Below are positions 56,861-64,000 of a stretch of DNA of 64,000 bases, piece after piece. This DNA comes from Poseidonia sp. (lineage in GTDB: Archaea > Thermoplasmatota > Poseidoniia > Poseidoniales > Poseidoniaceae): the NCBI GenBank assembly GCA_030827475.1, contig JAUREJ010000003.1, forward strand, positions 6,648-70,647, given 5' to 3'. The notes below the pieces were generated by a model, which saw only the letters and a program-made list of their open reading frames with translations, did not search any database and was not told where the DNA came from. The position numbers were made by a program, and so were the translations under genes. Positions within the stretch are counted from its first letter, which is position 1. Every line of letters begins with the position of its first letter.

Positions 56861-59277
56861 AACTCCAAATCATCCTCGGGTTTTTGATTGGTGAGGATGT
56901 TCTGCGCCTCAAGCGATTGAACCTCGGACATCACTGAGGCAGTTGCTGCTCCATCCCCAAGGGGAGGTGCAGGGAGGAGACCTTGATGTTGAAGCGATGA
57001 CAGGAGATCATCTGCCTTGGCCTTCCCAAAGTCTTCTGTCCGTTTGTCCAACACCAAGGTTGCGGCACTGACAAGTGCATTATCAACCGGGGACTGAGGT
57101 TGGCTCGGTTGCCCGTGAGCGTGACGGAACATGGCTTCGTAGGTCTCTTTGGGGACGGCTTGCAAGGGCTCGCGAGGCGTTTCAAGAACTTCTTCAGGTG
57201 TTGGCTCTTTTTGGTAACGGGTCATCCAATCGTCTTCTGCACTTGTTTCTTGGTAGGGCAGTACGTTTTGCTGCTCCAATCGACGATCACGGTCGATGAC
57301 CGCTTTGTAAATCACAAGGCTCGCAAAGACGATTGCAAGCAGCACACCCGACCATGCTTTGACATAGAGTACTGCCGTGCTCGCTATACCGCCCCAATCA
57401 ATTCCTCCGTCCTCTTCATCCGCCGGTTGCCAAGCTTGTCCAAGATAGTCGCCCGTTGAGGTGTGGACAAACGGTAATTCAGGAGCGTAGCGTGACCGAA
57501 TGGTGGTGGTGATGGTGACCGTGCCGTTGTTGACTTGGTCCTGCGGGAGTTGAATCCAAGCTCGAATGGTGAAGTTGGAATTGAGGGGGATGTCGTTGAT
57601 TTCAAAGGACCGCGGAAATTCAACATCGTCTTCATAAACGGCGTTTTCAGGAGGTATGAACCCCATATCAACCACATGGCTTGATTGCAGTTGGACGATG
57701 AGCCCATCGATGGCGTTTCCATCGTTTCTCGCTTCCATGGCGATGGTGAGCCGGCCCCTGGCGTTGACTTGCTCAGCAATGTTTCTGAAGGTCCACTTGA
57801 TTTCGGGTCCAACGACCAAAGGAATGCTGACCGTATCAAGGACGGTTCCGGCATCGCCCAGAACTTCAATGGAGGCAACGCCGGTCATGAACGCAACGCT
57901 CCCCTCATCTGCGGTCACGTTGAGAGGGGCGAAGGTTTTGGTTTGGCCTTCTTGAACGAGCATCGCCTCGGGAGGGAGGGTGACCTCAAACCCGTCCGTT
58001 ACTTCACCGAGGCGCAGGACATAGGTGTTGTACGAATTGCCCGTGTTGAGGACGCTGATGGTCGCTGAACACGCTTGTTCGGGAAGAATGTTATTGCACC
58101 CGTCTTCGGTGTAGGTTGCCAAAGCAGATGTTGTCCGGTTGATGGTGGCCGTCATCGGTGCCGTTCGCAACAAGGAACTCGCACCGCTTGCAAAAACTTG
58201 GAGTTGAATGTGCATGCTGCCTGCGAATTCATTGGGTGCTTGAAAACCGATCTCAACGGTTCGGCTCTCGTTGGGTTGGAGAGTGATGTCTTCTAAACCT
58301 CCAAAAAGCGCAACAACCCAACCCTCCTGCGTGAATCGGTCGGATGGCGTTGATCCAGCGAGGATCTCACCGTTTTCATCCAAGGGTTGGAGGGTGATGT
58401 TCAGCGTGTTGGGTGTGTTCCCAACGTTGCGGACGACCGCATACAGGCGCCCGTCCTGATTAGGTGCAACTTCCAAAAACGGATCGTAAGTGTCAATCGT
58501 GGCGTTTTTCTTTTCATTCATCATCAAATCGACCGACCATTGAACTGCGGCTCTGTCGAGGGACGAAGTGGCCGTGAGGGTGAACCGCGGACCGGTTTCA
58601 AAGAGAGGCATGCCGTTTTGGATGGCGGGGACATCAACCCAAAAGTAGGCGTAGACGAGTTGGTTTGGCTGAACAACGAGGTGTGCCTGGCCTCCAACGA
58701 CGTTTTGCATCTGCCAACCCCAGTCCCATCCCGAGTTGGTGGAGAGAGAGAACGAAACGTTGTCAGCCAGGGTTCCGTTATTTGTGAGGTTCATCGCAAT
58801 GGAGGTTCGTACCTTCTCATCGACCGTGAATTGACTCACGCCTTGGGAGCCAAAGTTGAGATTGGACCAGGGTGCAACGATGACATTCATGGTGATGGTT
58901 TTCGATTCCGCCCCTTCGAGGTCACTTGAAACGCTAAACGAGACCGTGTGGTTTTGGAATGCTGCGGATCCATTGGCTTTGATGGAAAACACCAGTTGTC
59001 TCAAGTGGTTCGGGACGACGATTTCGGAAAGGGGTAAGCCGATGACCGTGAGCGGTTCGGGCACGCTCAATACCTCTATCGTCAGGGCTTGGTTGACGTC
59101 TGCCTTGTTTTGAACCGTGATGTACGTCGAGACGGTCTCGTTTTGATGCACAATGACCTCAGTTGGGGCTATTGCGCCGATGACGTCTTCATCACGTCCC
59201 TCAGGATGGCTTTCCGCACCAAACACAGGGTTCAAGGTGGGGAGCACCAAAAGGACCAACACAGCCACCCAGCGCAT
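56857..59277 (-). CDS. cell-surface protein (signal peptide MRWVAVLVLLVLPTLNPVFGAES, about 640-aa extracellular beta-rich domain, TM helix, about 150-aa acidic cytoplasmic tail); stop overlaps rnhB start
   Basis: Topology from sequence. Confidence 0.7.
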   Translation of the reverse strand: MRWVAVLVLLVLPTLNPVFGAESHPEGRDEDVIGAIAPTEVIVHQNETVSTYITVQNKADVNQALTIEVLSVPEPLTVIGLPLSEIVVPNHLRQLVFSIKANGSAAFQNHTVSFSVSSDLEGAESKTITMNVIVAPWSNLNFGSQGVSQFTVDEKVRTSIAMNLTNNGTLADNVSFSLSTNSGWDWGWQMQNVVGGQAHLVVQPNQLVYAYFWVDVPAIQNGMPLFETGPRFTLTATSSLDRAAVQWSVDLMMNEKKNATIDTYDPFLEVAPNQDGRLYAVVRNVGNTPNTLNITLQPLDENGEILAGSTPSDRFTQEGWVVALFGGLEDITLQPNESRTVEIGFQAPNEFAGSMHIQLQVFASGASSLLRTAPMTATINRTTSALATYTEDGCNNILPEQACSATISVLNTGNSYNTYVLRLGEVTDGFEVTLPPEAMLVQEGQTKTFAPLNVTADEGSVAFMTGVASIEVLGDAGTVLDTVSIPLVVGPEIKWTFRNIAEQVNARGRLTIAMEARNDGNAIDGLIVQLQSSHVVDMGFIPPENAVYEDDVEFPRSFEINDIPLNSNFTIRAWIQLPQDQVNNGTVTITTTIRSRYAPELPFVHTSTGDYLGQAWQPADEEDGGIDWGGIASTAVLYVKAWSGVLLAIVFASLVIYKAVIDRDRRLEQQNVLPYQETSAEDDWMTRYQKEPTPEEVLETPREPLQAVPKETYEAMFRHAHGQPSQPQSPVDNALVSAATLVLDKRTEDFGKAKADDLLSSLQHQGLLPAPPLGDGAATASVMSEVQSLEAQNILTNQKPEDDLEF

Positions 59278-59374
59278 GAACTCGGCTTAGGCAGGACCCC
59301 TATGAAACACACCCCTTCATGCTGGATTAAGCCGTAGCGTAGGTTTCTTGAATCAAGTCGAACACGCACAGTTC

Positions 59375-59800
59375 ATGCCTCCGTTTTGGCCGTTCAAGAA
59401 AAAGGATACCGTTGCTGAAGTGGATGAGGCGCCTCCTGCACCCATGGTCTACAAGCGAGGCGAAGACCCGCATGCCCGACCACTGGTGACCTCGGATACC
59501 GAGGCGTACAAAGATGCCCTCGCTCTCTTCGGCGACGGCTCTCAAACCGTTGAAGCGGCGACGGACCAGTCGGTCCACTACGACGGCGTAACGGCTTCGG
59601 ATGAACCGGTGTCATCTTTGGAGGATGAACCGGCAAGCGTTATGAGTCCATCGGCCGATGGGGGTGATGTCCCCTCTGATGAGACCGTGACTTGGGTTCA
59701 TCACACCGATGGCTATCATTACAAACGACATGCTGACGGTTCGTTTGAGCCAACACCGTACACGTTGGGGGAAAACGGTTCGTATCAGCCGTATTCCTGA
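59375..59800 (+). CDS. acidic low-complexity hypothetical protein
   Basis: ORF only. Confidence 0.35.
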   Translation: MPPFWPFKKKDTVAEVDEAPPAPMVYKRGEDPHARPLVTSDTEAYKDALALFGDGSQTVEAATDQSVHYDGVTASDEPVSSLEDEPASVMSPSADGGDVPSDETVTWVHHTDGYHYKRHADGSFEPTPYTLGENGSYQPYS

Positions 59801-60468
59801 TCAAACAAGGTTGGTATCGGCTCAATCAGTCCGGGATGGTTCGCAGTCACTCTGTTCACTTCCGTGGAAACGGGGTGACGGGCGATGGTTGAGGTCGGCG
59901 TCTCATCGGGTTGTTCACCTTCGGTGAGCCACAAACCGAGATGTTCGTTTGTGAGCAACACCGGCATCCGGTCATGAACCGGGGCACAATCTGCATTGGA
60001 ACCACGGGTCAACATGGCAAAGGATTCAAGCGCATTCCCCTCCGAAATCCACGTGTCCCATATCGCCGCAAAGAGGCACGGATTCTTGTCCACTCGGCGG
60101 TGGTAAAAAGGAACCTTTCCACGGGGTGTCGTCATCCACTCGTACCATCCATCAGCGACCACCACCCCCCGCCGTCGTTCAAAGGCCGAACGGAACATTG
60201 GCTTTTCATGAACGGACTCGAGCCGGGCGTTGATGGGCTCGCGATGACTGGGTTTCGCCCATGATGCTCGAAATCCCCACTGCATCATTCGAAAGTGCCG
60301 CGGCACTTGGCTCTCGCCGTGGACACCGTGCTGGGTCATGACGGGAACCATGGTTGTGGGGGTAATGTTCCACGATGGCGTGAACGGCGTCAAATCGGAA
60401 AGGGGTTCAGACCCAAACTGCGCTGCGATGTCTTCGAGCGGCGTCGCAAGTGCGAATCGGCCGCACAT
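59785..60468 (-). CDS. SOS-response-associated peptidase (SRAP/YedK/HMCES family; abasic-site processing), N-terminal MCGRF with catalytic Cys2
   Basis: MCGRFA start and conserved body. Confidence 0.8.
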   Translation of the reverse strand: MCGRFALATPLEDIAAQFGSEPLSDLTPFTPSWNITPTTMVPVMTQHGVHGESQVPRHFRMMQWGFRASWAKPSHREPINARLESVHEKPMFRSAFERRRGVVVADGWYEWMTTPRGKVPFYHRRVDKNPCLFAAIWDTWISEGNALESFAMLTRGSNADCAPVHDRMPVLLTNEHLGLWLTEGEQPDETPTSTIARHPVSTEVNRVTANHPGLIEPIPTLFDQEYG

Positions 60469-60477
60469 GCTTCTTCC

Positions 60478-62226
60478 TCAAACGGGGTCATCGACCAAAC
60501 TGGCGAGCGTTGTGACGTCAAACTCTGCTCCGTTCAAGGGGACACGGAGGTCGTAGAGGACGGCGACGGCAGGGTCAAGTTCTCCAAAGCATCCCACCCA
60601 GGTTCCGTTGACCAGAACCTTGGCCGACCGGCCTGCGAGCCACGGCCCCTCTCCGTCAGGCAAGGCTTCCACCGACCAATCGGTCACGCCCATGTCGGTA
60701 CAGAGGGCTTGGATTCGTCCCCGAACCGCTGCAAAACCTCCAGCCCGCTCAGCGGTCAAGAACGCAAGTCGCTCGGTGTTCGCGTGGTTCCGCACCACCG
60801 TTCCCAATTCGTACACCGATTGAGGCAGGTCATGATGTCGATTCGCACCCAGCAGTCGAAGCAAACCCGGAAGGAGATGTTGCCTCAAGACGGTGTGCTC
60901 CACCGTGATGGGGTTGGTGATTTTTGTCACGGCATGTTGTGGCTCCCATCGCATATTGGTGAACTGGTCCCGTTCGTTGGAGAGGGTGAGGGATTGAATT
61001 TGCATCATGCCAAGGCCTTGCATCGCATCCCTCAATCGTCGGCGAAGGTGGTGGTCCGGCCGTGCTGTTGCCGTAAATTGGGCTTTGGGGTGGTCTACAC
61101 CCAAGTCCTCGTAGCCGTGGCCGATGGCCAACTCTTCGACGAGGTCCACGGGATGCAGAAGATCAAATCGCCATCGTGGCATCGTAAAGACGAGTTCGGA
61201 ACTACCAGCCCTGGCGACCGCCATCTTTCTGCTCCGTTCTGGGGCGCTTTCACCAACGGCTTGGCGACCCTCAAACCGACCGCCCATGCGATTGATGGCA
61301 TGGTGCAAATCCTCGTCGCTGAAGCTTCTTCCAAGCAGACTGGTGACCAACTCTTCGGGGACGATGTGGCGTTGGCCTTCGCCTACGGGGAGGGTACGCT
61401 TTTCGCCGGAACACGTCGTGATGTCAACGGTTTGAACCCTCCCTCCACGCTCCATCAGTTGGAGGCAAATGAGCATCAAAGAGGATTCACAAGCTCGTTC
61501 GTCCCATCCGGTAACATCGATGAAGAAATCCCGGGTGTTGTGCGTTACGGTTGTATGGTCGCCGTTGATGATGGGCGGGAAGGAGAGGACATCATCGTTG
61601 TCGTCCAAGATCAGAGGATAAGCGTCGTTCCCTTCCAAAAGATGTGCGTATTCCGTTCCTTTGGGGTGGAGTTCCAAAATCTGTTGAATCGTCATCGGCT
61701 CGTCACAGGCGAGTGGAACAAATGCTGCGGTTTCAGGAACGGTGACGACACGGAAGGGAGGGCGCAGTTTGGCCAAATCATGGACGCCGATGGAGACACG
61801 CCGCCGCCCCCGCCCGATGGCGAAGTGCAGTTTCTCTTGATGGTCCATCAAGCCCTTGATGAAGAGGTCAAGTTCAGCGGCATCGCCGGGCAAATCAACG
61901 TCACGGACGACGGCGCAATGGACCACCGGGCGGACAGAAGTAAGGCTCGGGTCCACGGAAACGGTGATTCCGCTTGGTGAGGTCTCCATATCGGGTTGTG
62001 CCGCTGCATTGTGCAGAAAGGGGGCCATGGCAAACGCCAAGGTCTCGCCGCTCAACAAGTCGGGGCGGTCGGGGAAAATTTCGATGTCAAGGGTTTCCTC
62101 GTTGCATGTGTCGATATCCGTTCCCAACAGCGGCAATTCCTCGTGTGTTTGACTCACATCATGGACGAGACCTCGCTTTTCCATCAACGAGGTGAGGAGT
62201 GACTGGGGGATGGAGATGGTGGGCAT
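60478..62226 (-). CDS. pheT: phenylalanyl-tRNA synthetase beta subunit, archaeal type
   Basis: MPTISIP start, B3/B4 and B5 regions, length about 580 aa. Confidence 0.85.
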   Translation of the reverse strand: MPTISIPQSLLTSLMEKRGLVHDVSQTHEELPLLGTDIDTCNEETLDIEIFPDRPDLLSGETLAFAMAPFLHNAAAQPDMETSPSGITVSVDPSLTSVRPVVHCAVVRDVDLPGDAAELDLFIKGLMDHQEKLHFAIGRGRRRVSIGVHDLAKLRPPFRVVTVPETAAFVPLACDEPMTIQQILELHPKGTEYAHLLEGNDAYPLILDDNDDVLSFPPIINGDHTTVTHNTRDFFIDVTGWDERACESSLMLICLQLMERGGRVQTVDITTCSGEKRTLPVGEGQRHIVPEELVTSLLGRSFSDEDLHHAINRMGGRFEGRQAVGESAPERSRKMAVARAGSSELVFTMPRWRFDLLHPVDLVEELAIGHGYEDLGVDHPKAQFTATARPDHHLRRRLRDAMQGLGMMQIQSLTLSNERDQFTNMRWEPQHAVTKITNPITVEHTVLRQHLLPGLLRLLGANRHHDLPQSVYELGTVVRNHANTERLAFLTAERAGGFAAVRGRIQALCTDMGVTDWSVEALPDGEGPWLAGRSAKVLVNGTWVGCFGELDPAVAVLYDLRVPLNGAEFDVTTLASLVDDPV

Positions 62227-62234
62227 GTCTTCAC

Positions 62235-63827
62235 CTACCGTGCGAACCAATGGGGGAGAGGGCGACCGTAACCTGCAAGGCGTAGGCCACTGACGGCGGC
62301 TGTTTCCTGATCCAAAGCTCTGAGGTGCTTTCGGTCCAGTAGGTCAACGCTGCTCAAACCGATGCGGCGAAGGTGGTGCGCAAGGTCATCTTGGGTTCCC
62401 TGAAGCCAGTAAGCGATGTCTTCGCCGTCCGCCGTAGGAGCAACGCACGCAACGAGGTCAACTCCCGAGGCCATCAAAACAGCCAGGTCGTGACCCGATG
62501 CAGCAAAACCCAGAAGGAACCCCGCTTGCGTCATCGTACCTTGGAGATGTTCTTTTTTGGAGCGCCCCATCATGGGAAGGGCGGCTGCTTCAGAAAGTCC
62601 AGACCCGTCTTCGATTCGAGCCATGGCAACATCGACACCGTGGTAGGCGGCCCTTGCGTGCAAGGCTTGGATGCGGCTGATGCCTTGGATGAGGACCACC
62701 GGAACGTTGGTTGATGCGACGGAGCGTAAAGCGACAAGCAAACCGTCGAGTTGCTCGGCGTTCATGGGGGGAAGTTCGTCGAGGTCAACGGCGAAGCCTC
62801 CAGCGTCTGGAAGCCAAGAAGCCACGTCGAGGAGGTTGGATTGACCAATCAACATCACATCAACGGCGCGTGGCTCGGCTTCAACAAGCGCAGGATGACG
62901 ATTGAGAATCGAGGTCACATCTGCAGGGGTGTTCCCGTCCGGCGACATGGTGCTGCCGCTGACCAAATTCGCCAGGAGGGGTACCGGAAGGGCCAACGAT
63001 TTCACCTCATCGCGGGTTCCGATCAAGGCGACGGTGTCGACGGTCTGGTAGGTTCTCAACGGAGGATTTTCTTCGTTGATGAGGCCGATTTGAGAGAGGT
63101 CGCCTGAGGAGACCACGAACCCGCCGTGCTCAAGATGGAGTTTTTCTTGGGCCATTAAACAGACCGCATCGGAGGGAACGTGCAAGGATTCATCGTCAAG
63201 TTTGGCGTTGATTTCTTTGACCTCATCCGCTTCAAGGGGGCGAAGCAGCACACCGGGTGCTGGAGGTGGGCAGCGACCGTTGACAACGATGCGCCCTCCG
63301 CTCATGCCTGCTCCAGGGTCAGGCCCTACATCGCCGTGGACCACGATGAGCCCTCCCTCCATGCCACCACCAATTCGAGCTCCGCTTGCACCTCGGATGA
63401 CCAAGGTGCCGCCTCGCATGGCTGCGCCGGCGTCGTCACCGGTTCCATCGAGGACCGTGATGCTGCCGTCGGCCATGGCGTAACCGGTGAAATGGCCCGC
63501 CATTTGTTCACAGACCACGGTTGTGCCGAGGTTCGCTGCACCGAGGAACGACCCGGCATCGCCTTGAATCGTGAACGAACCACCCTGTCCGAAGGCAGCG
63601 ACCCACGACCCGAGAACGCCAAGTGCCCGGACCCGAGCGCCTTCAGGGAGTGCGGGGCACAACCCCAATTCTCCGTTCTTTGGGACAGGGTCCCCCGCAT
63701 TGGTCCAACCGATGCGGAGAATGGCGTTTTGTTCGGCGGCAGCCTTCAGGCGGGGACCGAGTTTCTCGTTGATGTTCAACGACCTTGTGACCACCTCGTG
63801 GATATCCGCCATGACCTCTGGTTTCAA
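62235..63827 (-). CDS. glutamate-synthase-related protein with GXGXG beta-helix domain (GltB domain 3 / FwdC-like) plus GltB-like C-terminal region
   Basis: Repeats GGTLVIRGASGARIGGGMEGGLIVVHGDVG, GAGMSGGRIVVNG. Confidence 0.6.
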   Translation of the reverse strand: MKPEVMADIHEVVTRSLNINEKLGPRLKAAAEQNAILRIGWTNAGDPVPKNGELGLCPALPEGARVRALGVLGSWVAAFGQGGSFTIQGDAGSFLGAANLGTTVVCEQMAGHFTGYAMADGSITVLDGTGDDAGAAMRGGTLVIRGASGARIGGGMEGGLIVVHGDVGPDPGAGMSGGRIVVNGRCPPPAPGVLLRPLEADEVKEINAKLDDESLHVPSDAVCLMAQEKLHLEHGGFVVSSGDLSQIGLINEENPPLRTYQTVDTVALIGTRDEVKSLALPVPLLANLVSGSTMSPDGNTPADVTSILNRHPALVEAEPRAVDVMLIGQSNLLDVASWLPDAGGFAVDLDELPPMNAEQLDGLLVALRSVASTNVPVVLIQGISRIQALHARAAYHGVDVAMARIEDGSGLSEAAALPMMGRSKKEHLQGTMTQAGFLLGFAASGHDLAVLMASGVDLVACVAPTADGEDIAYWLQGTQDDLAHHLRRIGLSSVDLLDRKHLRALDQETAAVSGLRLAGYGRPLPHWFAR

Positions 63828-63912
63828 CCATCACCCAAATAGCCTGCTATCCATCACTTCCCAACGGTCCGTGTTTTCTCCCAACTGCCGTCTTTGGAAA
63901 GGCGAAGAAGCC

Positions 63913-63921
63913 TTTATTGAC
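63913..63921 (+). promoter_or_regulatory. TATA-like CTTTATTGA about 20-27 nt upstream of the gap ATG (leaderless-type archaeal promoter)
   Basis: Position and sequence. Confidence 0.4.
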
Positions 63922-63939
63922 GGGCTCAATGAGCAGAGC

Positions 63940-64000
63940 ATGGAGAAGGTCATGACCGTTAAAGTCGCCATCAACGGATACGGGACAATTGGAAAGCGAG
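63940..64000 (+). CDS. gap: 5' end of type II (archaeal) glyceraldehyde-3-phosphate dehydrogenase
   Basis: MEKVMTVKVAINGYGTIGKR. Confidence 0.75.
   Translation, partial: MEKVMTVKVAINGYGTIGKR

Noticed and set aside
1-64000. tRNA/rRNA genes, CRISPR arrays, transposases/integrases
   Set aside because: All gaps over 70 nt (1900-2015, 5086-5232, 16074-16275, 27891-28077, 40619-40943, 49920-49998, 59278-59374, 63828-63939) were inspected. No tRNA-like GTTCRANYC T-loop context, no direct-repeat/spacer periodicity and no recombinase motifs were seen

Overview
High-GC (~57-58%), gene-dense archaeal chromosome segment. The lineage call rests on an archaeal-type GluRS, archaeal PheT, ArcS, uS15, RNase HII, a type II GAPDH start, class III (type IV pilin-like) signal peptides and an AglB/STT3 oligosaccharyltransferase. 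Acidic secreted proteins suggest a halophile; the possible link to Nanohaloarchaeota/DPANN is speculation only.

The window holds ordinary housekeeping genes (purD, arcS, rps15, gltX, rnhB, pheT, dnaJ, a GltB-like GXGXG protein, a SRAP/YedK peptidase, start of gap). The dominant feature is a concentration of very large predicted cell-surface proteins: a 3191-aa protein with an AglB/STT3 core (WWDYG motif), plus 1491-, 1993- and 1815-aa secreted proteins and several 585-806 aa ones. Next to these are an S8 subtilisin-like protease, a wHTH/P-loop/TPR STAND-type NTPase, and a tightly coupled operon of three pilin-like genes behind an MBL-fold hydrolase. A GT2 glycosyltransferase, a lipoprotein HExxH metalloprotease and a Pcp-NUDIX fusion are also present.

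I found no tRNA/rRNA genes, CRISPR arrays or transposases.

My direct reading of nucleotide positions can be off by about 1 nt relative to the ORF track. Internal start codons were chosen by signal-peptide or family N-terminus logic.
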